This document shows, one piece after another, positions 48,716-63,957 of a stretch of 64,000 nt of DNA. Position numbers and translations under genes: made by a program. A model generated the notes under the pieces. That model saw only the letters and a list, made by a program, of their open reading frames with translations, had not been told where the DNA came from and ran no database searches. Origin of the DNA: the human T2T-CHM13v2.0 reference genome, Homo sapiens; assembly GCF_009914755.1 (NCBI RefSeq), contig NC_060928.1, one strand, 5' to 3'. Every line of letters begins with the position of its first letter. Within the stretch, counting starts at the first letter, position 1.

Positions 48716-49567
48716 CTCTAACCTGCATAAGCCAAACAGACTTTACAGCTCACAGCATAGGAAGCAGCGTGAGCTCTGTTCATGCTAGTACTTCTTGCCC
48801 ACAGGTGTCTCGGGATGACGTGAAGAGGCTGAGGTGGAAGCCTCACACACCATGGGTTTACATCACAGCTGAGGAATCCCAACCTTAGGGAAGCCCAGTC
48901 TTTTATAATGGGCTGCAAGGAAAACTGCCAAATCTTTGCCCTGGAGGGAAACATTGTTCTTACGATACTGGTCAGTAAACAAACCTGCAGTCTCCTCTGA
49001 AGGAAGATACTATATTTTTTAACACTGTTCACTATATGAACATCTTTAAAAAGATGTTCTGAAACAAAAGCTGCCAGGGCATCTGCTTGCAAGATGCACA
49101 GAAATGCAAACAACTCAAAATGGATGGGTATACCAAAAAGCATTACAAATCCATTTCCATTTCCTGATCTTTACTCCCCGTTTTGGTTGCAGCATTGAAC
49201 TGCTTCTGTCTTCATCTGTATTTAAGCTTAACTTCTTGAGGAGTCTCATCATAGAGCAAAATAGTATTTCATAATTATCATCAGACTGTGGTTTTTCAGA
49301 AGTGGCTATACTGAGAGGCTCTGGCCCAGATTCTAAGGCACTCCTGATGGAGGAAATAATTTTAACACTCATACCACCTCTGAACAGTTTTTCTAAGTTG
49401 AAAGGCGTAGCAATAAGAATGCAGTACACTAAACATATGAATTGAAAATATGGTCGATATTTAGGCAATCATAACTATAAACTTAAATAAGACTACATCT
49501 ACTTAAATTACTATTTAAATATTTTATACTCAATATTGGTATCAAATTCTTAAAAAGCGACTACAAG

Positions 49568-50261
<694 letters not shown>

Positions 50262-50677
50262 TAATGTAGAGTCTTGGTTGTTTATCTCCACTTAATGTAA
50301 TTTACTCTATCAGATTCAAGCCAGGTGCATATTAGAAGCATTTTCCTCAATAATGTATTAAAAATGTATTTGGCAACTTCATGTCTCTATCTGTATAGAT
50401 GAAACTGTTGATAATGTTCACTAATATAATTGTAACTTCAGCTAAAGATCAAGTCGGTTACAATTGATAATAACTATAGTGAGCTATAATGTCACTTTAC
50501 AAATGAAAACTGATAGGAACAGATATCTTTCTCTCTCTACAAATACACAGAGATAAAATTAAACCTTTCTGATTATACTGTGAGTTTGTATAGGGATGAA
50601 TCTAAGAGCTACAAAGCGACGAAGTGATGGGCAATATGTGAGGCCACTGGATCTTGTATAATGACCATAGAAAATTA

Positions 50678-50996
<319 letters not shown>

Positions 50997-51824
50997 TTAA
51001 AACATAAAAAAATTAATATATTAGTCAAGGCAAGTAATCATAACTAAAACAAACAAACTCAGAAATCTCAGTGGCTTAACACGCCATGGGTTTATCTCTT
51101 CCTGACATTGCCCGCCTACTCTGGGGCAGTGAGGAGGGGAATTTTCCGCCTGCAGGAATCTAGGCTGGTGCAGACAGCACTGCCCAGAACATGTGGCCTC
51201 TGCAGTTGCTGTTTTGAAGGGAGATGGAGGATATACACTGGCTCTTAAGTCTCCTAGGCTGCAGGGGACACATGTCACTTCCACTCTTGTCCGTCATGAA
51301 GTCTCATCCTACCTGTGTGAGAGTCCCAGGAAAGCAGAGGGCACGTGGGATATTTAGAAAGTGTGGGTGTGAGTCATCTCAGCTGTGATTAGAAACCTCT
51401 TTTTAAAAGGGGGGGGGGCTCATCCTTTTGGATGTGCAGCGTGTGAGGAGATAGGAAAAACTTCCTTTAGCTTTTCCTTGAAAATTCAACCATACACTCA
51501 ACTTGGGGGATTCTAGGTAGGAAATATTTTATCTTCAGTAACTGCATTTATTTATACTTTTGCTCTTTTCTCGCCTGGTTTGTTAACTCAGAATTTTGAT
51601 CGTATGTAACTGGAAGAATAAAGGGGTTACATTAAAAACACTTCTTGCTAATGGGAAGGCTGTCCTCCTACCTTCAGTCAATATAGCCGCCAATCACAGA
51701 TGTTGAATATCCCACACAGAAACGTAGGGGGTCCCTTTCACTTCCTTACAAGACCAGGAAATGCAGGAACTGAGGAGTGAAAAGAAGAAATAAGATGGAA
51801 AAATATTCATAACACCGCAGTAGA

Positions 51825-52345
51825 AAGTATCTGTTTCTTATTGGTTATCCATTGTTGAATCATTCAAAAACATAGTGGCATCAATCAATCAGCAACAAAT
51901 TTTGTTTCTCACAATGATGTGGGACAGCATTTGGGCTGAACTCAGGCAGTTCTGCTGGTTGTGCTTGAGGTCCCTCATGAGGCTTCACTTCTCTGTGACT
52001 CAACCTGGGCTGCGCCGTCTAGGAGGGTCTCACTCATATCCTTGGCAGATGGTGCTGGCTGTTGGTGGGCTTCTCACTCCACATGGTTTCTCATCCCTTT
52101 TTCACATGGTGGTCTCAGGCTTCCACAAGGATGAAATCAGAAGCTGCAAGGTCTCTTGAGGGCTAGCCTCGAAATTAACCCAACATCACGCTACTCCATG
52201 TCTTAGTCACAGAAAGAGACAGGACCCATCCAAATGCAAGACATGGGTAACATGTCCACTCCTCTTGTTGGGAGGAGAAGGCAAGTGACATTGCAAAAGA
52301 CTGCACAGGAGGAATTATTGTCAATATTTTGCAAGCAATCTACTC
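51825..52345 (-). mobile_element. Old MLT1 (MLT1H-like) LTR; another degraded MLT1 at ~51015-51370
   Basis: AAGCTGCAAGGTCTCTTGAG...CATTGCAAAAG MLT1-like segments. Confidence 0.55.
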
Positions 52346-52396
52346 CTGTTCCTCTGTTTCCTTCAAGTCTTAATGGAATATGATTTGGTTTGATGC
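52113..52396 (+). repeat. Copy 1 of a 284-bp dispersed direct duplication
   Basis: Gapless match to 57005-57288 with about 18 mismatches by hand count. Confidence 0.93.
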
Positions 52397-53467
52397 AGGT
52401 AATTTTCCCACAAAGGATTCAAGAGAGTAGAGGGAGAAGTTACATTCTCAAGGAGAAAAGTTAGCTTTTTTCTTGCTGCTTTTTGCCTTCCAAGTGTGAC
52501 CTTTTCCCTCTAGCTGTGTTAAGTCCCAGGATAGGGTAAAGGAATTACCTAAGTCATTTCCATCTGATTTAACAAAAGAGGACAACTTCCCTCCAGATGG
52601 ATGTCACGTACCAGTGTATGAGCTGGTGCATGCACAACAGAATAAGACTAGCTATGTAATTTGTAAGGCAAAGTGCAAAATACAAATGTGGGCTTCTTGA
52701 TCAAAAATTAAGAATTTCAAGGTGATAGCAGATCCGTAAAAGCAAGCATGAGGCTCCTCTTAGTGTGGGGCCTTGCAGCTGAGTCCCCAGCTGAAGTGTT
52801 AATAAAGAGGCATGGAAAAAAAGCATGTTGATCATATAATTTGTCCTATACAACTCAAGAAGAAAGTTTGTGAGATTTAAAAAAATAATCCTTTTTTTTT
52901 TTTTTTTTTTTTTTGTTTTTTTGTTTTTTCAGAGAGAATGTGACTCAAAGGGTAAAATTACTGTCTTTCATTTCCCTAGACAGGGACCATTTGGCTGACA
53001 ATTAAATTGAGTTCTTCCTTACAAGGAGTAATGTTTTACCTTAGCCAATGTGTCATTATGTACATAATGAATATGGTTCTACAGAATAATTTGAAACATA
53101 ATGATGAGAAGTACTGACTTCACTTTGAGAGAGATACCTCAAAAATTATAAGGTAGTTAGGAAAATATTTCTTATTGTCACACTGGCAGGGAGGTCACAA
53201 GCCCCACCAGCTTCTGAATGTCTAAGTCCAACCCAGGCTTGCAGGCCTGGTCTCTGAGGTGTGCAAGCTGTGCAACCTGGGAGGCTCGTTGCCTAGAGGG
53301 GGTCCATGCTTGGAACCAGTTATATAGTTGGCCCCATTCTTCAGTGATACTGTAAATCCACACTTCCTTTAATACCTGTCTGCACACAGCAAATATGTCC
53401 TCAGTTGTTTGCATATCAAAGGAATTAAGTCTGTTCTAATGAAGTCACTAAAAGATTACTCTACATT

Positions 53468-53717
53468 TGTGGCTCTCAGTGGGGTAAATTTGGCCCCAAG
53501 GGACATTTGACAATGTCTAGGGACACCTTGTTTGTCACGACTGGAGGGAGAGGGGACAGGGTGGGGTGCTGACAACTTGGGGGAGGGAGCAGATTGCTGA
53601 TACCTGGTGGGTGAAGGCCAGGGCCGCTGCTGGACATGCGACAGTGCACTGGACAGTCTCACACAATGAGAAGTATCTGGTTCCAAATGTCCACAATGTG
53701 GAGGTTGAGATATTCTG
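53468..53717. mobile_element. MER20 hAT element
   Basis: GGGACATTTGACAATGTCTAGGGACA...CCAAATGTCCACAATGTGGAGGTTGAGA. Confidence 0.75.
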
Positions 53718-54421
53718 TTTTAGATTAACTCAAACTTGCAAAAGTGTACTGCTGAGTGGGAGATGGGGACTCCAAGGTGAGGATGGGGCTGTGAGCAGAT
53801 GGTGTGGATTCCTGTGAAGTCTCCAAGGAGAACACAATGTGAGGGCGGCCCTCACATACCTAAGGATGGAAGGTGGGGGATGGGCAGGCAACGTTAGAAC
53901 TGAGCTCCACAGACACTTATCCCACCTCGGGAGGTGGAGAAAGGAGAACAAACAGCATGTGCATTTATGGACAGTGTGAACTGTGATAAGCAAAGGTTGA
54001 AATTATACACATAGTTGCAGACCTTATGAATATTTTACTTCCTGCTATTACTAACCATCACTGCAGCTAGATGACAGAGTTAATGCAAAGCTGGCCCCGC
54101 TTATCATGAACAGGTCTTAGGAGTAAGCTACTCTGTTGAACTATAAAGAGTCTCAAAAACATGCTCCCTTCCCTCCTGAGATCTGAAACAATTCTCAGTA
54201 AGACAAAAGATCAAAGCAGTTGGAAAAAAAAAAAACCCTCAAATCTGTCACTGATGGAGTTGTTATTTGAGAAGGTGCTTATGTCCATGGGCAAGCATCT
54301 TCCTAGTATTCAACTCCAGGTGTAGAATGAAGCCTCTCCTAGTCACAGGCTTGTGGGACCTGGATGCAGGCAGAATCAGCTGCTGTCAAATACATGGTTA
54401 TAGAGAAGCAGAACAGAGCAT

Positions 54422-55829
54422 TTGTTCCCTGTGGCAGCTCAGACCAGGTAGGGAGAGGAAGGGGCTATGCACGCTCAGTTCTCCTTCCAGTTAACCAATC
54501 CCATTCAGTGGCTCCCTCTCTTGTAGGGTTGGGGACTGCTGCAGGTGGCAGTTATGGAGGATGGGGCTGGGGGAGTGAGGACAGAGCCCTGGAGTAATGT
54601 GCTAGTGGGGGTCCCTACACATGGGAGAGTAAAATAGGAACGGGAGAAAGATGCCATCCTGCCCGCCTTGCAGACAGGATCAGTGTGCAGTCAGCTACTG
54701 CCTTTGGAGATAGGGGACCCAGCATGATGAAGCTCCTCCTTATTATCATGAGAACAGAGGAGAATGGGGTTGAGGGAGGAGCAACTAGAAGAAGAAGAAA
54801 TCTTTGCCATATATGGAACTGCTAAGGTGCACTGACTTCATTTTCAAAACTCCTCTTTAATGACCAACTGAAGTTAGGGGCCCAAAAGATGACGAATGAT
54901 GTCCAGAAGGCTAGCTTCATCCATTTAGGGGAAAGAAGTGACTAAGAATCCAGCCTAAGCACAAGTATGGGAGAGGGAGAGATGGAGTCCCTGCTTCCTT
55001 CCACAGTATCCCCCAGCACCTCCATAAAACCCAATTCTTTCTTTTTAAAAGCCTGGTGTGGTTAATTCCATCTTGTATATCGGTAAAGGGAGCTTGGAAA
55101 ACACTATTTTCTCCAAGTCTTTATTCCCTTTGTTCTATCAGGTATGCTTACGCCATGATAAAGCAAGTTTGAAGGTCTTTCCTGCCGTATGATATACCCT
55201 GGGCTACTCCTGCAGGGAAGCAGCCTTGTTCCTCATTCCTCTCATTTCACATATTCTCTCCCTACACTACTCATGTTGAATATTTTTACAGGGTCCTCCC
55301 TGTAGAAACCTGTCCTGATATCGAATATCCTGACTGACTACTTCTTCTACTCTGGATCAATAAGGGATCTCTTTTCTGATCCTCTCGATCTTCTCCTGTT
55401 TGATGTCAAGTCTTATGCCCACCAAAACCCCCATCCTTTTCTTCCTTGAGTCTTTGGGAATCTTCATTGGTTAGTTCTCTAGCATGTTGTTAGTGTTCTG
55501 GCACAAAAACACTAATACCTCTGGTTTTTAGGAACTGGACTGCATCAGTTTTACTTGCCCCCTGTGGGTAGCTCAGATCAGGTAGGGAGAAGAAGGGGCT
55601 ATGCATGCTCCCTTCTTCCAGTTAACCAATTCCATTCATCCCTCCCCTCTGTTGTGAGGTGAGGGGTGCTGCAGGTGGCAGGGATGGAGGACAAGGACTG
55701 GGGGAGTGAGGACAGAGCCTGGGGATGCTGTGCTTGTGGAGCTCCCTCCATATGGAAGAAGAAAAATGGAAGAAAGTTGCTATCCCACCCACCTTGTGAT
55801 TGGAACGAATGTGCAGCCAGTCACAGCCC
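54422..55829 (+). repeat. Diverged ~280-bp direct repeat (54422-54701 and 55555-55829)
   Basis: Shared blocks GCTCAGAYCAGGTAGGGAGARGAAGGGGCTATGCA, TTCCAGTTAACCAAT, TGCTGCAGGTGGCAG, CTGGGGGAGTGAGGACAGAGCC. Confidence 0.85.
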
Positions 55830-55982
55830 TTCATCATGCAGCCTGCATGAATCCACTTAGGACAGCAATTCCACTGGATGTTTTCTTCTGTATGTGTAGG
55901 GCATTTATATTCTCTAAAGTTCTCTCTTGAGCAATTCCTTTGAGAGGATATCAAAAGTAAAGATCCTGATATATTGGCTTTA

Positions 55983-56295
<313 letters not shown>

Positions 56296-57004
56296 TTACA
56301 TCACTGGCCTGCAAGAGACAGAGATTTTAGAGCTCTGACCTCACCAGATTCAAGCTTTTAATTGCCTTATCTCTGGAGCTATAAAGATAATGAGTGTTGG
56401 CAGTAAGAGTCACCCTTATTTGCATCAACTGCAGAGGCATAGCTGCCAGCTCCCTTCCTAGGGCACGCGATTCACCTCAGTGCTTACATTCCCCATCAAG
56501 ACGCACTTTGGCTGCTTGGACTTATGAAATTCCTTTTAAATATTTTAATTAGTTACTGTAAATTGTTCTATATAACCCATAAAAGGAACCTCCATGACAG
56601 AGCTCGTGAAGCAGGTAATGAATCCCAAAATAGTGTTTGCACAATGGGAGCATGTCTTCCCTCTGGGCTATTCCTTTAGATATCCATGAATTTGCCTTTA
56701 TAGGAGGGACCATGTGGGATTAGCACAGGAGAAAAGCATTAATTTCCTTCCCAAGATAAATATTTCTGTAATAGGTTATATCATGTTTTTATTCCTGCTT
56801 TCTCCCATCTTTAGTACAGATATTTTGGACATGCTAAAAATGACCATCTACCCAGGCGTGGTGGCTCACTCTGTTCTTAGACCTGGTTGTCTAGGGTCCA
56901 GTCTCACAAGGACAATGACAATAGAGAGATTGAGCCTTTCTATCTCTGTTGATAATTTTTTGCTGGCTTAAGACCAGTTAAGCAGGTGTATCTTAGCAGA
57001 TGTA

Positions 57005-57288
57005 TCTCAGTCTTCCACGAGGATAAAATTAGAAGCTTCAAGGTCTCTTGAGGCCTAGGCTTGAAATTAACCCAACATCACGCTACTCCATGTCTTAGTC
57101 ACAGGAAGAGACAGGACCCATCCAAATGCAAGACATGGGTAACGTGCCCGCTCCTCTTGTTGGGAGGAGAAGGCAAGTGACATTGCAAAAGACTGCACGG
57201 GAGGAATTATTGTCAATATGTTGCAAGCTATCTACTCCTGTTCCTCTGTTTCCTTCAGGCCTTAAGGGAATATGATTTGGTTTGATGC
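57005..57288 (+). repeat. Copy 2 of the 284-bp dispersed direct duplication
   Basis: Matches 52113-52396; directly abuts a tail-less antisense Alu (57289-57517). Confidence 0.93.
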
Positions 57289-59064
57289 CACTCACTGCAA
57301 CCTCCACCTCCTGAATTCAAGCAGTTCTTCTGCCTCAGCCTCCTGAGTAGCTGGGACTACAGGTGCGTGCCACCACGCCTGGCTAATTTTTGTATTTGTA
57401 CTAGAGATGGGGTTTCACCATGTTGGCCAGGATGGTCTTGATCTCTTGACCTCGTGATCTGCCCGCCTCGGCTTCTCAAAGTGCTGGGATTACAAGCATA
57501 AGCCACCATGCCTGGCCAATTACTTGTATATTTTAGTTATCTCTTTTTGTTTCGTCCAGTAGAAACTCGCTGATATTCTTTATCATAATTGGAGGGAATT
57601 GGGTGTTATCTGAATGAAGTGCCAAAGAGTTCATGTTTAGTGCTCATCTCTTCGGATATCCTGCCAGCTCTGAAAGTTCCATGATTCTCCATGATTCTGA
57701 AAGTTCTGTGATCCTCCTACTTCTGCTGCTGTGGCAATTGGCCTCAGGTTGGGCTGCTTCAGACGGGTGGAGGGTCAGGCAGGTGAACAAGGAAAGTCTT
57801 TGAAAAATCTGTCCTTAGAGACAGCAGTTCCACTTTCTATGCCTTTGGCATACATCTGTGGCTCTCTGGGTCTCTTTCTTTCTCATGCCTCCACAATCTT
57901 ATTGTTATGGCATTTCCATTTCATATCATTTGTTATGTCTCATATCTCTCTGGTAAGTGCTTTATGGGATGTTTAATTTTTCAGCACTTTACATCAGAGC
58001 ACCTCCTTGTCCCAGCTTGTCTTTCAAACCCCTGCCACACACCACAAGCCACCTGCCTGCCTGTCGTCTGCTCTTGGGGGAGATGCCCAAGCATCTATGA
58101 AGCGGGTGGTACATGATTCACATTGCACGTGCTGGACTTGGCAGTGGCTGTAGGTGTGACAGATTTTTAAGACATATTTTGTTCAGTAAAGATGAGTAAC
58201 TTTTGGGTGGATTTCTTTTTATTAGTGTGTTTGAGAAAGCCGGTCTTGTCTGATTGTAGAATTTGGGTTGCATTCTAACCCTAAGTCCCAGATTCCACCC
58301 ATTGTGGAAGGGATTGTCATCTAACATTGCCCAGTGGAGGGGGATTGAGGGAGAGCTCAGTGGTAACTGTCCCAAAGGACCTGGATCCGGGTTCCTAACT
58401 CCACAGATGTCTCCACGCCAAATAATAGAGCCACTCTCTTTACCCACGAAGACTTAACTTCAATCTTTGCGGTAGGGAGACTGATCAAGGAAGCCAAAGC
58501 CGCTGAATTAGTTTAACATCTCCTTTCTCTTGTTCCCACTCTAGGAGAAAGGGTGCTATCTTTCCGCATACAATCACACACATCCCTTGTGGGCAGAGAA
58601 GAAAATAACTTTTGTGTTTCAAGCTAATTGAAGAAGCATGTGATGGCCTTTAAGGGGAAGGAAATGTAGATGAATCTTTGACTGATGAGGAGGGAGTTGT
58701 GAACATGACACAGTTCCACCTACAGTAAACTCACAGCCTACGCAGGAGGCAGACAAGCAAATAAAAATTTGTTCTGTAGTACTAGGGATGTGATTAGAAG
58801 AGGCCTGCACAGGGTTCCAAAGAGAATAGATGGATATGCAACCCAGACTGGGGGATGGTGAGGAAGGTTTGGCTGGGAGGAGGGTGAGGAAGGTTTCTTG
58901 GAAGAGTGATTTTTTAGCTAATTGTTGGTGGTAATGCAGCAGTTATTAAGACAGACCATGGAGAAGGATGTGTTCCAGGCAGAGGGAACAGCATTTGCAG
59001 TGGCAAGGAGGGAAAATGAGCTCTGGGAGGATCTAGTCTGTGTTTTGACTTTCACATTAGGAAC

Positions 59065-59398
59065 TTTCCTTCTTTCTTTCTTTCTTTCTTCCTTTCTTCC
59101 CTTACCTTCCCTTTCTTTCTTTCTCTTCTTTCTTTTTCTTCTTTTTCTCCTGCTTCTTTCCTTTCTCTTTCGTTTCTTTCTTCTTTCTTTCCTCTTTCTT
59201 TTCTTTCTCTCTTATTTATTTATTCATTCGTTCTTTCTTCTTTCTTGTTCTTTCTTTCTTTCTATTTGAGACAGGGTCTTACGCTGAAGTGCAGTGATGT
59301 GGTCATAGCTCACTGCAGCCTCAACTCCTGGGCTCAAGTGATCCTCCTGCCTCATTCCTCCTGTGTAGCTGGGACTACAGGTGCACACCACGCCCAGC
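59065..59398 (-). repeat. (TTTC)n-rich tract followed by an antisense Alu monomer (FRAM/FLAM-like)
   Basis: Read directly. Confidence 0.8.
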
Positions 59399-59944
59399 AG
59401 GAGCTTTCTTAAATCAGTGCAAAAGCCCTCTGTGATCTGTCACCTTATCACTGCCCCATATCACCCGCCTAACTCTCCTGACACACTCGAGTCTCCCAGA
59501 GGACAAGAGCATATGCATGCTCCCACCAGAAATTGGATTTCACAGACGTCTTCTGGAATTTAGATGTCATTCCAGGAAGAAATGGCACAGGAGTTGGGGG
59601 GGGTGGGGGGTGGGGTGGGCAGAGCTTTGAATTGACTGAAAAGTTTACTTGAAGAGACTGAGAAAACACTGAATTGACTGAGTTTATCCAGGAATTTCCT
59701 GATTTCACTTGGTGAAAAGGAAGCTTGGAGTAAAAATTAAATTCTGTTCAGAATAATGAAACAAACTTTTTTGCAAACCTGAACATGTAATTTATAAAAT
59801 TTGTACATGCAATATGTTTTTCATAAACCAAAAAATAATTTTTAAAATGTATTTGAACTCCCTCACCCTTATTAAAAGACTCAATGAAATTGAACACAGA
59901 ACTGAAAATGGGAAGGAAACCTATATTTAAAAAATGTGAAAACT

Positions 59945-60210
59945 GGCTGGATGCGGTGGCTCATGCCTGCCATCCCAGCATTTTGGGAGGCCAAGGCAGG
60001 TGGATTACTTGAGGTCAGGAGTCCAAGACCAGCCTGGCCAACATAGTGAAACCCTGTCTCTACAAAACATACAAAAAGTAGCCAAGTGTGGTGACACACA
60101 CCTGTAATCCCAGCTACTCAGGAGGTTGAGGCAGGACAATCGCTTGAACCCAAGAGGCAGAGGTTGCAGTGAGCTGAGATTTGAGACTCTGTCTCAAAAA
60201 AAAAAAAAAG
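59945..60210 (+). mobile_element. AluS with a deletion near its 3' end
   Basis: TSD GAAAACTG; GAGCTGAGAT joins directly to TTGAGACTCTGTCTC. Confidence 0.88.
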
Positions 60211-60224
60211 AGAAAACTGAGACG

Positions 60225-61234
60225 CGTTGTGGGAAGTCAGGGACCCCAAATGGAGGGACTGACTGGAGCCGCAGCAGAGGAACATAAATTGTGAAGATTT
60301 CATGGACATTTATCAGTTCCCAAATAATACTTTTATAATTTCTTTTGCCTGTCTTTACTTTAATCTCTTAATCCTGTTATCTTCATAAGCTGAGGGTGTA
60401 CGTCACCTCAGGACCACTGTGATAATTGTGTTAACTGTACAAATTGATTGTAAAACATGTGTTTGAACAAAATGAGATCAGTACCCCTTGAAAAAGAACA
60501 GAATAACAACGATTTTTAGGGAACAAGGGAAGACAACTATAAGGTCTGACTGCCTGCGGGGTCGGGCAAAAAGAGCCATATTTTTCTTCTTGCAGAGAGC
60601 CTATAAACAGATGAGCAAGTAGGGAAGATATCGCTAAATTCTTTTCCTAGCAAGGAGTATTAATATTAATACCCTGGGAAAGGAATGCATTCCTGGGAGG
60701 AGGTCTATAAATGGCCGCTCTGGGAATGTCTGTCTTATGCAGTTGAGATAAGGACTGAAATACACCCTGGTCTCCTGCAGTACCCTCAAGCTTACTAGGG
60801 TGGGGAAAACCTCTGCCATGGTAAATTTGTGGTCAGACTGGTTCTCTGCTCTCGAACTCTGTTTTCTGTTGTTTAAGATGTTTATCATGACAATATGTGC
60901 ACCACTGAACACAGACCCTAATCAGTAGTTCTGCTTTTGCCCTTTGCCTTGTGATCTTTGTTAGACCCTTATCAGTAGTTCTCCTTTTTGCCCTTTGAAA
61001 CATGTGATCTACTCCCTGTTCTTACACCCCCTCCCCTCTTGAAACCCTTAATAAAAACTTGCTGGTCTGAGACTCAGGCGAGCATCACAGTCCTACCAAT
61101 ATGTGATGTCACCCCTGGAGGCCCAGCTGTAAAATTCCTCTCTTTGTAGTGTCTCTCTTTATTCCTCAGCTGGCCGATACTTATGGAAAATAGAAAGAAC
61201 CTACATTAAAATATTGGGGCAGATTCCCCCAATA
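60225..61234 (+). mobile_element. MER11 (HERV-K11/HML-8) solo LTR, ~1010 bp
   Basis: GTTGTGGGAAGTCAGGGACCCC start, TTCCCCCAATA end; 6-bp TSD GAGACG/GAGACC (5 of 6 match). Confidence 0.88.
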
Positions 61235-62014
61235 GAGACCTACACAGCTGAAATGAAATGATTTGCTTAAGGTCATGGGGCAGATGAAGAGCTAGTAATG
61301 CACTGAATTTTCTTAATAAATTTTCTTCCATCAATCTTGAAACTGTGAGAAAGTTCAGTTAGGTTTTTAAGAGAAAGGGCTAACCTTAAAATAAAGTAAA
61401 TTCTAAATGATAATAAGAATAACAGAGAAACTGAAGTAAAAAAGTGGGAATAATCCAAGGGAAAGGATAATTTTTAAGTTATTTTGTAGCTGGATCACTA
61501 GTCAGTTGAGCTCAGTGCTATGATGGAACAAAGAAAACCTTCTACTGTGAAGAGGCCTTTCTTTTCTACTACATATCTATTTACTTTCTCAGAAACACCA
61601 AATATATGCTGTGGTTATTAAAACAATAGAATTTAATTACTTTTTTAATCCAAAAAAATTGTTTCAACAGTGTCTATCTACAGTTATTGTTTTACTAAAT
61701 TTCTTAAATCTTATGTCACATAGTAACTATTTTGTTTCTTTTACTTTGTGAAATTTTGTCCTTGAACTTTAATGTGTGTGTATACATATATGTATATATG
61801 TATATTATATGTATTAAATATCACATATATTATATGTATTATATGTCACATATATATAAAATATGTCTTGGATTAGAAGGTCTTTGAGGTATCTATTTTT
61901 TATTCTGTGCTACTCTATCTTAATGCTCATGATTCAGTGATTTGGAAACTGGTGGTGAAAAAAATTAGTGCAACTGAGTCACTCCATGACTTTTCATTAT
62001 AAAATAAAATAATG

Positions 62015-63957
62015 AGACAAACACAAAGTGTTTTATTCCAATGAATAATAATCACACTTTAATATAATAACAAACATACAATACATTAAAGTTAGAACAC
62101 TACTTTGATAAGACAATCATACTCAAGCTAAGATACAAGGTACAGACATACTGAAATTGTAAAGTGACCATTTTAATGTTTGATATTTACTTCTCTTATT
62201 GGCACAAGACTAATAAGATAGATGGGTTGTATTACTCTTAAAATCTAAGACTTCTCCTCTAGCTCAGGGAAAATACTGGTGGAAACCTGTTTTACCCAAA
62301 AGCAGCTTTAATATCTGTTTAACCAGGTTATTCTATAATAAGAACTCCATTTTAATGCACGTTATCCATTACAAATGTGTGAGATATTCTATAAAACACA
62401 TATTTAAAGGTCCCTATCCTCATATAAAACATTGTTTAGTGAATATGCTACAGCTTTATTTCTATGTTTGAAAATCTCAACAAACGTTTTAAATCACAAC
62501 TGATTTTTTTTCTTTCTGCCAAAATGCAAGCTTAGTGATCTGGGGGTCACATACAATCATAATTTATTTTCCCATAGTCTGGAAGTTAGCCAAGAAGTCA
62601 GAAGAAAATAAGCCCTGGGTTGTTGAAAATAGTGGTCAAAATATTTACTTTATCAAAATTTAATAAATCTATAAAACTCACCCAAAGTTGCTTTTGTTTT
62701 ACAAAGAGTTGTACGTTGATTATCTTATTTCTAAAATCATAATAGGCCCTGAATTACAAAACAGGCATAAAATTTTATTAAGTTTTTTATTGCACTCAAG
62801 TATAGTTAAAGCTGAAGAGAATAAACATAGTATTTACCCTTGCAGAGGACTAGCTTAGTAATATCTTCTTTTATACAATACTCTCTTGCTATTACTTGCA
62901 AATACAGTATACTCTAAGCCCTTGTTTTGTGTAAAAAGAATTAGAAACAGTGCGATTAAGTTCTCTATATACATTTTTTAAGGTCTCCAATGTGTTAAGT
63001 GGCACCCACTCTTTAAAAACTCCACAATTTGAGTTTTTAATCTTCCATTTTTTTATATCCTTGGACTGATGTGATGATCCCCGGAATATGATCCAGGGCC
63101 TGTTTGTTAATTAGATATATAGTTCATTTTCTTAAGTCCAAGTATCACTAGCTATTGACAATTTCTGAAATGGAAGAAGGCTGGAGTAATATGCATATAA
63201 CCGCCTTGATAAGAGATCATCAGGGGCTACTCCTGAGAAGGAGGCAGTCTTAACATAGCCTTAGAAGGTGTGTAATGTTCTAAATATCTCAGGGTGAGAG
63301 GGCAGTATTGACCTTTCATCCTATCACTTTTCTGTAACAAGTCCATGTACTATGGAGAAGAGAAGTGACTTGTGAGTCCTTTGCCAGGGGTAAGTGGGGG
63401 GGAGGGGGGCAATTTATCTTTATGAAGTGTTCATTCTAATGACCAGTGGACATTCAACATAGTGGATTTCCTGAATGAGCATCATCCTGGTTTCAGAAAA
63501 CATATTAGTTGCTCTTTGCTAAGCCATATTCATATTTTATGTCAATATCAGTAACAAGTTAGCCAATTACAATAGCCAAAATTAAAAAGTTAACCCATTA
63601 GTTGAAGAACATAGACCTTTTTAAATATAATATGAATAACTTTACTAGGAGCTTTATTTCTTTCCAATCCAAAAGAAAACATAAGATAGTGACTTTATTA
63701 TTTTTTCCTGAATAAACAAGAGGGTATATTGAAATAACAAAAAATAGATATTATAAATATGCTATAATCCAAAGACAGCATAAATGATAAAACAATAGTA
63801 CTAATACACTTAAAATGAAAATTGATATTTTACTGCTTCCCTGGGTGATCTCACACTCACTTTTATCCTATCTTTAGCATATTTTTATATGAACTATTCC
63901 TTAAGCAAAAGAAATAGAAATTTTGATTTTCAAGGTATTTAGAATTACTTTACTGTT
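62015..63957 (-). other. ASB5: ASB5 3'UTR with candidate poly(A) signal at 62032-62037
   Basis: Repeat-poor AT-rich sequence downstream of the stop; TTTATT on + strand at 62032; end approximate. Confidence 0.65.

Noticed and set aside
48718-49468. 141-aa and 117-aa minus-strand ORFs
   Set aside because: They lie in or next to an LTR-like degraded repeat region and show no recognisable protein motif or exon signals.
58922-59269. 115-aa hydrophobic F/L/S-rich ORF resembling a membrane protein
   Set aside because: Translation of a (TTTC)n low-complexity tract.
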